Shown here piece after piece: positions 38,951-46,939 of a stretch of DNA of 64,000 nt. Below the pieces are notes generated by a model, which was not told the DNA's origin, made no database searches, and saw only the letters and a program-made list of their open reading frames with translations. Numbering within the stretch: position 1 is the stretch's first letter; each line of letters begins with the position of its first letter. Location of the stretch: the NCBI GenBank assembly GCA_045652425.1, contig JAZRUG010000032.1, positions 43,846 through 107,845 on the forward strand, given 5' to 3'. The translations under genes and the position numbers were made by a program. This DNA comes from Eubacteriales bacterium (lineage in GTDB: Bacteria > Bacillota > Clostridia > Oscillospirales > CAG-272).

Positions 38951-39718
38951 ATGTTAAAGACAATGATCAAAGTCGTCAAAGATGCATCACAAATAATGCT
39001 TGACGCGCAAAATATTACAGACAACACCATAAAAAAAGGCGACAGAAATTTTGTAACCCTCTACGATACAAAAGTTCAAAAATACATTCAGGATACTATG
39101 AATGGTATATATCCTGAAATTAGTTTTTTGGGTGAAGAAGAATCCGCGGATTGTAACCCCTATGAAGGATACTGCTTTATATGCGACCCTATCGACGGTA
39201 CAGCTAATTTCAGACGCTCGTACAAGCACAGTGCTATTTCCCTCGCTCTTGCAAAAGACGGTGAAATCATTTGCGGTGTAGTTATAAATCCCTATTCAAA
39301 GGAAATTTTTTACGCCTCTAAAGGCAAAGGCGCATTTTTAAACGACACAATGATAAGTGTATCGGATGCATGTCTTAAAGATTCATTCGTAAGCTTTGGT
39401 ACAGCCCCCTATTATCCTGACCTTATCGACAAAACAATGAGAATGATTGCAAAAATTATGCCTGACTGCGAAGACATACGAAGAACAGGCAGCGCGGCTT
39501 TAGACTTGTGTTATCTCGCTTGCGGAAGACACGATATGTTCTTCGAGCTTAATCTCTTCCCTTGGGATTACGCCGCCGCAAGTATTATTATTGAAGAAGC
39601 GGGTGGCATTATAACTGACAGAAACGGTAACAAACCGCCTCTTCACAAACGAACTGAAATCTATGCGGGTAACAAAAAGGTATATAAAGAGTTTTTTGAC
39701 AGAAACTACTTTATATGA
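38951..39718 (+). CDS. Inositol monophosphatase (IMPase/SuhB) family phosphatase
   Basis: 255 aa from ATG 38951: ...FLGEEE...ICDPIDGTANF...WDYAAASIII, the IMPase metal-binding motifs. The track's ATG at 38918 abuts the extended -10 (TGATATAAT, 38909-38917), so it is unlikely to be the start. Confidence 0.85.
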   Translation: MLKTMIKVVKDASQIMLDAQNITDNTIKKGDRNFVTLYDTKVQKYIQDTMNGIYPEISFLGEEESADCNPYEGYCFICDPIDGTANFRRSYKHSAISLALAKDGEIICGVVINPYSKEIFYASKGKGAFLNDTMISVSDACLKDSFVSFGTAPYYPDLIDKTMRMIAKIMPDCEDIRRTGSAALDLCYLACGRHDMFFELNLFPWDYAAASIIIEEAGGIITDRNGNKPPLHKRTEIYAGNKKVYKEFFDRNYFI

Positions 39719-40266
39719 ATACCAAAACTAACCCTTTAAAATATAAGAACTATTTATCATATCTTTATGCTAACGCAAAGAAAACAACTTTAGCGCACAA
39801 AATAAAAAGCATCTACAGTTTTCTTAAAAAATACATTCTCGTCGGAAGAATATTCAGATATTTGCGAATATTTTTCGTCTGGATACAGACAGGCGCGTAT
39901 TTTTTAATATTTTCTACCGCTTTATTTATTTTAATTCCCTTACTCTCGATTTCTGTTCTGGTCTTCTTTTTATACAGCTCGGCTCTACACAAAAAATATA
40001 ACAAGTATTTTTTAAGATTGACCAAAAATAAAAACGTATGCATTTCTTTCAGCGAAAACGAAAATACAATTCCGGAAAAGTGCTCAAGTGAAGACATTTA
40101 TATATATGTTATAACAAATCCATTTACACAACTGACAGAGTGTGTCAGAAAAATTAATTCAAACACCTTTTATATAAGTATGAGTTATTTTTATTCTATG
40201 AAAAAGCATATACTTGATAAAAACAAAACAAACGTTGTTTATAGTCAAGATGAGGTGATTTTTTGA
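39715..40266 (+). CDS. Hypothetical membrane protein
   Basis: 183 aa. ATGA overlap with the IMPase stop and a 4-nt overlap with the next gene. Two central hydrophobic helices (YFLIFSTALFILIPLLSISVLVFFLY). No recognisable motif. Confidence 0.5.
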   Translation: MNTKTNPLKYKNYLSYLYANAKKTTLAHKIKSIYSFLKKYILVGRIFRYLRIFFVWIQTGAYFLIFSTALFILIPLLSISVLVFFLYSSALHKKYNKYFLRLTKNKNVCISFSENENTIPEKCSSEDIYIYVITNPFTQLTECVRKINSNTFYISMSYFYSMKKHILDKNKTNVVYSQDEVIF

Positions 40267-41555
40267 AAAAATTATTAGTTATCCTTTGTTTATCATTCGT
40301 TATTTTCTCTATTACGTCATGCAAAAACAACAGTACACAAAAAAACAACGAAATAGATACTTTACCTCGAGACACCACCTCGGATATGGGGGACAAACCT
40401 GTCAATGAAATTATGAACTACAAAAATATTAAAGCTATGTGGCTTTCACAATTCGACTTGCAAAGCATTTATACAGACTCTGGAAAGCAAAGAAACCAAA
40501 CGGATTTTCAAGTGCGAATAATCCAAGTACTCGAAAATGTAAAACAAAACGGATTTAACACTGTTTTTCTGCAGGTACGACCTAATGCAGACAGCTTCTA
40601 CCCATCTCAACATTATCCGCCGTCAAAATACGTAACGGGAAGTTATTCCATTAATTTCAACTATGACGCTATAAAAATAACAGTTGAAGAAGCTCATAAA
40701 ATAGGGCTTTCAATACATGCGTGGATAAACCCGTTAAGAGCGATGTCAGCCGATGAAATACCCGAAGTTAATGAAACCTTTTTGATTAAAAAATGGTATA
40801 AAACCAAGAGTCCTTTTTTAGTTTTGTTCAACGGAAAATATTATCTAAATCCCGCATACGCTGAAACAAGGCAGCTTATCATTGACGGAGTAAAAGAATT
40901 AATCAATAATTATACTTTTGACGGCGTACACATGGATGACTATTTTTATCCTACGACATCTGAAAGCTTTGACCTTGCTTCATATACAGATTACAAGTCC
41001 CAAGGCGGCATTTTAGACCTGAAAGAATACAGATATTCTAATTTAAATAAGCTCGTTTCGGGCATATATTCGGCTGTGAAAGAAAGAAATAATAATCTTC
41101 TCTTTGGCATAAGTCCCGAAGGTAATATGTCGAACGCCACCAACAATGCATACGCCGATGTATATACATGGTGTTCCGAAAAAGGTTATATTGACTATAT
41201 CTGCCCACAAGTTTATTTTGGTTTAAAGCACGAAACTCACCCATTTGACCAAACTGTCGAAAAATGGAAAAATATTATAAAAAACAACGACGTAAAACTT
41301 ATAATCGGTATGACCTTTGGAAAAGCTCTCTCAAAAACAGATAAGTGGGCAGGAAGCGGTAAAGACGAATGGAAAAACGATACCGATATAATGAAAAAAT
41401 GCCTTGATTACACAAAAAATGTCGATAAATGTATAGGGGTGTCGGTATTTTGTTACCAATATTATTATGAGCCCTTAACCAACACAGAAATACAAGAAAC
41501 AAAAAACGAAAGAAATAGTTTTACATTTTCTTTAAAAGAGATTCAATGGAATTAA
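40263..41555 (+). CDS. Lipoprotein of the glycosyl-hydrolase-like 10 (GHL10 / DUF187, YngK-like) family
   Basis: 430 aa with a TTG start. Lipobox FSITSC. ...KAMWLSQFDL...GFNTVFLQVRPNADSFYPS...HAWINPL...DGVHMDDYFYP..., the characteristic GHL10 TIM-barrel pattern. Confidence 0.7.
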   Translation: MKKLLVILCLSFVIFSITSCKNNSTQKNNEIDTLPRDTTSDMGDKPVNEIMNYKNIKAMWLSQFDLQSIYTDSGKQRNQTDFQVRIIQVLENVKQNGFNTVFLQVRPNADSFYPSQHYPPSKYVTGSYSINFNYDAIKITVEEAHKIGLSIHAWINPLRAMSADEIPEVNETFLIKKWYKTKSPFLVLFNGKYYLNPAYAETRQLIIDGVKELINNYTFDGVHMDDYFYPTTSESFDLASYTDYKSQGGILDLKEYRYSNLNKLVSGIYSAVKERNNNLLFGISPEGNMSNATNNAYADVYTWCSEKGYIDYICPQVYFGLKHETHPFDQTVEKWKNIIKNNDVKLIIGMTFGKALSKTDKWAGSGKDEWKNDTDIMKKCLDYTKNVDKCIGVSVFCYQYYYEPLTNTEIQETKNERNSFTFSLKEIQWN

Positions 41556-41563
41556 AAAAACTA

Positions 41564-41592
41564 TTGAAAGATAGCTGAAAATATGATATAAT
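41564..41592 (+). promoter_or_regulatory. Promoter (extended -10) of the HAD-thyA-folA transcript
   Basis: TTGAAA (41564-41569), 17-nt spacer ending in TGA, TATAAT (41587-41592). Confidence 0.65.
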
Positions 41593-41641
41593 ATATCCAT
41601 AAATATACAAAAAAGACTATTATTAAAAGAAAGAGTACATA

Positions 41642-42418
41642 ATGGAAAAATTAAGACAAAAAAAAGGATTTATATGTGATATGGACGGTGTTATCTATCA
41701 CGGTAACAACCTTCTCCCCGGAGCAAAAGAATTTGTTAAATGGCTTAACGACAATAACAAAAACTTCTTATTTTTAACCAATGCAAGTAACAGAACACCA
41801 GAAGAATTAAGACAAAAACTTCTTCGAATGGGACTTGACGTTGATGCATCTCATTTTTATACAAGCGCACTTGCAACTGCAAAATTTTTACAGATTCAAA
41901 AACCTAACTGTTCAGCTTTTGTAATTGGCGATGCCGGTCTTTACAACGCACTTCACGATGCGGGTATTACAATGAATGATATTGATCCCGATTACGTTAT
42001 AATCGGTGAAACAGCGCAATACAACTACGAAAACATCACCAGGGCTATGCGTCTTGTTAACAACGGCGCAAAGCTTATTGGTACTAATACAGATTTAACA
42101 GGTCCTTCCGAAACAGGTCCTATTCCCGCCTGTCGCGCACTTGTAGCACCTATCGAAAGAACGACGGGTAAACAAGCATATTACGTGGGTAAACCTAATC
42201 CCCTTATGATGAGAACAGGACTCCGTATACTAGGCGTACACTCTGAAGATACCGCAATGATAGGCGACAGAATGGACACCGATATTATCGCAGGAATAGA
42301 AAGCGGTCTTGACCCCATACTTGTTTTAACGGGGGTTACCAACCTTTCTAATATTAATCAGTATCCTTACAGACCAAGACTTATTATAAATTCAATCGGC
42401 GATATTGCCGCAGAATAA
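41642..42418 (+). CDS. HAD-superfamily subfamily IIA phosphatase (NagD-like)
   Basis: 258 aa: FICDMDGVIY (DxDG nucleophile motif)...FLTNAS...GKP...GDRMDTDI. Confidence 0.8.
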   Translation: MEKLRQKKGFICDMDGVIYHGNNLLPGAKEFVKWLNDNNKNFLFLTNASNRTPEELRQKLLRMGLDVDASHFYTSALATAKFLQIQKPNCSAFVIGDAGLYNALHDAGITMNDIDPDYVIIGETAQYNYENITRAMRLVNNGAKLIGTNTDLTGPSETGPIPACRALVAPIERTTGKQAYYVGKPNPLMMRTGLRILGVHSEDTAMIGDRMDTDIIAGIESGLDPILVLTGVTNLSNINQYPYRPRLIINSIGDIAAE

Positions 42419-42433
42419 AAGGAGATTACCAAA

Positions 42434-43264
42434 ATGAGTTCAGCTGATATTGCTTTTATAAACACCTGTAAAGATATACTCGAAAATGGTTCTTGGGTAA
42501 AAGACGAGAAAGTAAGACCTCATTGGGAAGACGGAGAACCTGCATATACGATTAAAAAATTCGGTGTTGTAAACCGCTATGATCTTTCAAAAGACTTCCC
42601 TCTTATAACTCTTCGTCCTATTTCTCTTAAAGCTGCAATTGACGAAATTCTTTGGATTTGGCAAAAGAAATCAAATAATATAAATGACCTTAATTCACAC
42701 ATTTGGGACAGCTGGGCTGACGAAAACGGTTCTATTGGTAAAGCATACGGTTATCAAATGGGCGTTAAACATAAATACCGCGAGGGTGAATTTGATATGG
42801 TCGACAGAGTTCTCTACGACCTCAAGAATAACCCCTGCAGCCGCCGTATAATGACAAACCTCTATACCTTTGCAGATTTGCACGAAATGGCATTATACCC
42901 CTGTGCTTACAGCATGACGTTCAACGTAACAGACGGAAAACTCTGCGCTATACTTAATCAACGTTCACAGGATATGCTCGCCGCAAACGCGTGGAACGTT
43001 GCACAGTATGCCGCACTCGTTATGATGTTCGCGCAGGTTTCGGGCCTTGAAGCAGGTGAGCTCGTTCACGTTATTGCGGATGCTCATATCTACGACAGAC
43101 ATATTCCAATTGTTGAAGAACTTATTAAACGCGAAGTATATCCAGCCCCCGAAGTAATCCTAGACAAATCAATTACAAACTTCTATGACTTCACTCCCGA
43201 AAGCTTCACCGTAAACAATTACGTTCACGGTGAAAAAGTGGGAAGATTCCCTGTCGCTATTTAA
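42434..43264 (+). CDS. thyA: Thymidylate synthase (ThyA)
   Basis: 276 aa: ...SRRIMTNLY...ALYPCAYSMTFNV (catalytic Cys)...NQRSQDM.., the folate-dependent ThyA pattern. Confidence 0.9.
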   Translation: MSSADIAFINTCKDILENGSWVKDEKVRPHWEDGEPAYTIKKFGVVNRYDLSKDFPLITLRPISLKAAIDEILWIWQKKSNNINDLNSHIWDSWADENGSIGKAYGYQMGVKHKYREGEFDMVDRVLYDLKNNPCSRRIMTNLYTFADLHEMALYPCAYSMTFNVTDGKLCAILNQRSQDMLAANAWNVAQYAALVMMFAQVSGLEAGELVHVIADAHIYDRHIPIVEELIKREVYPAPEVILDKSITNFYDFTPESFTVNNYVHGEKVGRFPVAI

Positions 43265-43294
43265 AACAGGATTTTGAAAGGAATTGATTAATTT

Positions 43295-43804
43295 ATGAAA
43301 CTTGTAGTTGCTGTAGATAAAGAATGGGGTATCGGCTACAAAGGCGATCTTCTCGCAAGAGTCAGAGCCGATCTTATGAATTTCAGGGATTTAACGTCAG
43401 GTAAAATAGTTATTTTAGGTTCAAACACATTAGCCACTTTTCCAGGCGGAAAGGCTTTAAAAAACAGAACGAATATTGTTCTCCACCCCTCTGAAGAATA
43501 TCATCCCGAAGATACGACGGTCGTTCACTCAATAGAGCATTTACTTGAAGAAGTAAAGAAATATAATACAGACGACGTATTCGTTATCGGCGGCGCAAGC
43601 GTTTATAAACAAATGCTTCCCTACTGTAACACAGCATACGTTACGAAGTTTGACAAATCATTCGAAAAAGACGTGTATTTCCCAAATCTCGATGAAGACG
43701 AAAACTGGGAAATGGTATGGAAAGGTGAACCACAAACCAGCGACCCAGAAAAAGATACTGAAGCAGATTTGAAATTCTATTTTACAGAATACAGAAGAAA
43801 ATAA
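43295..43804 (+). CDS. folA: Dihydrofolate reductase
   Basis: 169 aa: MKLVVAVDKEWGIGYKGDLLARVRADLMNFRDLT...VFVIGGASVYKQ... Follows thyA. Confidence 0.9.
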   Translation: MKLVVAVDKEWGIGYKGDLLARVRADLMNFRDLTSGKIVILGSNTLATFPGGKALKNRTNIVLHPSEEYHPEDTTVVHSIEHLLEEVKKYNTDDVFVIGGASVYKQMLPYCNTAYVTKFDKSFEKDVYFPNLDEDENWEMVWKGEPQTSDPEKDTEADLKFYFTEYRRK

Positions 43805-43811
43805 AAATATT

Positions 43812-43853
43812 GGTGTGTCTCTTTTTTTAAGATAATCGAGACACACCTTTTTA
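43812..43853. terminator. Terminator hairpin between the convergent folA and sigma-factor genes
   Basis: GGTGTGTCTC / GAGACACACC 10-bp stem with a 16-nt loop, followed by TTTTT. Confidence 0.7.
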
Positions 43854-43898
43854 TTATGTGAAAACTAACGGCTTAGCCGGTGATTTTATTAAATCCTC

Positions 43899-45569
43899 TT
43901 AAATTCTCAAAAATGTACCAAGCATTTTTCTTTCATCATTCTCTTTGTAGAAAATATACCCTTGACGCAACGCTTCTTCTAACACTGCACCTCTAAGATC
44001 AAAAATATTCGCGCATGCGTGATCAATCTGATATTCATCATCCTTCAAAAATTCGGGGATTTCTTTATGAATCTGCTCTCTACAGAATATATAATGTTGC
44101 ATAGCAATATTTGTAGCAACACTACGCAATTTTTCTAACGACTCAAGCTCTTTTTGGGGCATGGCTTTATTTTTGCTTTTAAACATTACCAAGAAAGTCG
44201 GGCTGTAGGCTTTACCCTCTTTCTTGATATACCCATGCTTTTCGAGATACGCAACAACTGATTCATCCAATTTATTATCTTCGCATTTAGCAATTGAAAC
44301 AAGCGCCCGTGCATAATTGTACGGCATAGATACAGGAGTTTTATCTTCAATTTTTTGATATTGAAACTTAAATTGCTGAAACTCTATTTTTGCAAGATTC
44401 CGTTCAGCCGGAGAATTCACACAACCGTGTAAACCGACAAATTCAGGTCTTATGCCTTGATAACTCTCCCTCCCAAGAATATCCCACTCTCCTCCGTTTG
44501 GCCGAATCGTATGTCCCCAAACTCCTAAATTTGCGTTTGTATATTTTTTTCTTGTTGCATTAAAAGCATTTAAAGTATCAAACCATATAATATCTGTTTG
44601 ATACATAAGTAACGCCCATTTCATATCCTCGAACGGCTGATACCCTTCATGCCATTCAGAGCAATTCTCATTTTTCCAATGGATTTCATACTCCATGGCA
44701 GCTATCACAGCTTGTGTAAGCTCCGACGTTATTGTTTGCAAATGTACATTTATTTTTTCTTGCGCATCTGCGCTGACAATAAAGAAATTTGTTTCGTATT
44801 TATTTCCGTTCTTCTTCATCAATGTAGCATCCACAAGCCCACGCAGTTCTTCTTCCATATACGGAAGCGCAACGCCAACTTCCATTGCCAATTCTTCTGC
44901 CGTAGAAGGGGTTCTGTAAGCTGCAAGCAAAATATTTTTGCAAAGCGAACGTGAGATAAAACTCCAGGGTTCACCATTTGCACCATACAACCCGTTATTG
45001 ATAAATAAAATGTTCTCGGGATTATAACTCAATTTTCCAAAATCTCTTGCCATATTAATTCCTTCCTTCAATATAACTCTTGCGCGGTGAAGTCTTTGCT
45101 GAACCGCGCTAATTGAAATAGAAAGCGACGATGCAATATCACGCACACTCTTATTTTCTATGTAATAGGCAACTACGATATTACGATAATCACTCTTAAT
45201 GAACGCCAACTCTCGTCGCAGCAAAGCCACTTGCTCTGTATGTATCATTTCATCAAGGATATTTTTGCTCTCGTCCTCGATATCATAATCGCCTATATTG
45301 AAACCAGTTACCGACTCGTTTCGACTGTGCTTTTCTTTTGCCCATACTGAATAACGATTTCGCGCAATTTGCCATACCCACGCCGAAAATCTCGTTGGTA
45401 TCGTACCTTTGTTCAAAGCTGTAAGAATATGAATTGCAATATCTTGAGTCAAATCTTCAGCTTCAATTTGGCTTCCCGTTTTTTTTAGACAGAAGTAAAA
45501 TAGTTTTTCCATATAATTCTCGGTAAACTCGTTGATAAACCAATCCCGCATTCCGTTCGTTTCCTGCAT
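43899..45569 (-). CDS. ECF-type sigma-70 family factor fused to a ~380-aa non-membrane C-terminal extension
   Basis: 556 aa from ATG 45569 (RBS AAAGGAGG). Region 2 (EDLTQDIAIHILTAL...FSAWVWQIARNRY), region 4 (KSVRDIASSLSISISAVQQRLHRARVILKEGI), then about 380 aa with no hydrophobic helix and one wHTH-like stretch (STAEELAMEVGVALPYMEEELRGLVD). Confidence 0.8.
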   Translation of the reverse strand: MQETNGMRDWFINEFTENYMEKLFYFCLKKTGSQIEAEDLTQDIAIHILTALNKGTIPTRFSAWVWQIARNRYSVWAKEKHSRNESVTGFNIGDYDIEDESKNILDEMIHTEQVALLRRELAFIKSDYRNIVVAYYIENKSVRDIASSLSISISAVQQRLHRARVILKEGINMARDFGKLSYNPENILFINNGLYGANGEPWSFISRSLCKNILLAAYRTPSTAEELAMEVGVALPYMEEELRGLVDATLMKKNGNKYETNFFIVSADAQEKINVHLQTITSELTQAVIAAMEYEIHWKNENCSEWHEGYQPFEDMKWALLMYQTDIIWFDTLNAFNATRKKYTNANLGVWGHTIRPNGGEWDILGRESYQGIRPEFVGLHGCVNSPAERNLAKIEFQQFKFQYQKIEDKTPVSMPYNYARALVSIAKCEDNKLDESVVAYLEKHGYIKKEGKAYSPTFLVMFKSKNKAMPQKELESLEKLRSVATNIAMQHYIFCREQIHKEIPEFLKDDEYQIDHACANIFDLRGAVLEEALRQGYIFYKENDERKMLGTFLRI

Positions 45570-45682
45570 TTTCTCGCCTCCTTTCACTCATATAGTGTGG
45601 TATTTTTCAATTTGCTGACAATATTATTTAAAATTACAAGATTATTTAAAATATTATAACATAATTTTGCAAATTAATCTAC

Positions 45683-45696
45683 ACAAATGCATTTGT
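45683..45696. promoter_or_regulatory. Perfect 14-bp palindrome ACAAATGCATTTGT (candidate operator)
   Basis: Self-complementary over all 14 nt. It lies just upstream of the putative extended -10 promoter of the sigma gene (TGTTATAAT on the minus strand, -10 at 45658-45653) in the divergent intergenic region. Confidence 0.5.
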
Positions 45697-45858
45697 CGTT
45701 GAAATACACGCTTTCGAACAACTTACTCCTTAAGTCACTTTTTGTGACATCTCCCTTTGGTAGAGTGACTGCAATTGCTCGTAGCCACACTGGCTATGGT
45801 TGCTAATGAATAGTACTTATTATTCAACCTCTGTTTGATTTTATCAATTTCCTCTCCG

Positions 45859-45887
45859 TTGAAATCAACTATCGCTTGTGATATACT
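45859..45887 (+). promoter_or_regulatory. Promoter of the XRE-family gene
   Basis: TTGAAA (45859-45864), 17-nt spacer, TATACT (45882-45887), 44 nt before the ATG. Confidence 0.55.
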
Positions 45888-45930
45888 ATACACAGAAAGC
45901 AGCTTTCAAATATTTCAAAGGAGAAAATTT

Positions 45931-46776
45931 ATGAGTATTGAAATAATAGGAAAACAAATTGCATCTATGCGCAAAGAAAAAGGCATAAAACAAGAAGAAC
46001 TTGCAAATTACGTTGGAGTAAGCACACAAGCAGTCTCCAAGTGGGAAAATGGCGGTGTGCCGGATATAGAACTTTTACCTAAAATTGCAGATTTCTTTTC
46101 TGTTTCAACAGATTCTTTGTTTGGACGAAATAATACAGATTACAGTGATATCAAATCAGCACTCTTTAAAAATATATGTGATACGCCTTGCGACGAACGC
46201 TTCAAACTTGTTTTCAATTATTGTTGGGATATGGAAAAAGCGCTTATGCCAAGTGGGCATACGATAGAGGGAGGAAGCATTGAAGATTACGAAAGGGAAA
46301 TAAATGCCGATGCACAGCATTATTCTTCAGTGATGCAGAATAACGGCTTCACTCGAATGGGTATTGCTAACCGTTCACAATATTTTTTAATAGTACCTGA
46401 TCCTAAAAATACGAATGACGCATATTTTAACGGTATTAATTATGCTGCTTTTTTTAAAGATATGTCTGATGAAGATTTTTGGAATGCTTGCGTTTATCTA
46501 TATAAACGTGATTATAAAAAGGCTTTTACAAGTGCGTTGTTTATAAAAAGATTAGGAATCAATGCTGAAAAGTCAGAAAAGATTTTAGGTATGTTAAAAA
46601 AATATCATATGGTTTATGACACACAAATCGAAATGGATGATGAGATACAAACGGTTTATCATTTTACTCCAACTCCCTCATTTATCGCGTTGCTGATTTT
46701 TGCGCGAGAGATTATCGAAAAACCTGAAATTTTTTCATATTATTGTGATAATAGAGCTAATCCATATCTTAAATGA
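45931..46776 (+). CDS. XRE-family HTH regulator with a ~215-aa uncharacterised C-terminal domain
   Basis: 281 aa from ATG 45931 (RBS AAAGGAGA): IGKQIASMRKEKGIKQEELANYVGVSTQAVSKWENGGVPDIELLPKIADFFSVSTDSLFG is a textbook HTH_3/Cro-C1 domain. The remainder has no motif I recognise. Confidence 0.8.
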   Translation: MSIEIIGKQIASMRKEKGIKQEELANYVGVSTQAVSKWENGGVPDIELLPKIADFFSVSTDSLFGRNNTDYSDIKSALFKNICDTPCDERFKLVFNYCWDMEKALMPSGHTIEGGSIEDYEREINADAQHYSSVMQNNGFTRMGIANRSQYFLIVPDPKNTNDAYFNGINYAAFFKDMSDEDFWNACVYLYKRDYKKAFTSALFIKRLGINAEKSEKILGMLKKYHMVYDTQIEMDDEIQTVYHFTPTPSFIALLIFAREIIEKPEIFSYYCDNRANPYLK

Positions 46777-46836
46777 ACATTTCAATTTTATTGGATATAT
46801 AGTAATATATTTTCATCTTTAATTAAGTAAATAATC

Positions 46837-46874
46837 AAAAAGACAGAGAACAAAAATTTTCTCTGTCTTTTTAT
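46837..46874. terminator. Bidirectional terminator between the convergent XRE gene and addA
   Basis: A-run, AGACAGAG / CTCTGTCT stem, T-run. Confidence 0.8.
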
Positions 46875-46939
46875 TTGCGTATAGGTAGCTTATTCTTTTT
46901 TAAAACTGTCCTGCAAAATACGTACTATACGACGTTTTT

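Noticed and set aside
45700-45858. Small hairpins between the palindrome and the XRE promoter, considered as a possible sRNA or cis-regulatory RNA: GTCAC-N5-GTGAC, TAGCCA-CAC-TGGCTA and GGTTG...CAACC.
   Set aside because: The stems are short (5-6 bp) and there is no terminator-like U-run. I recognise no match to a known RNA family, and no covariation evidence is available from a single sequence. This would need Infernal/Rfam scanning and comparative alignment.
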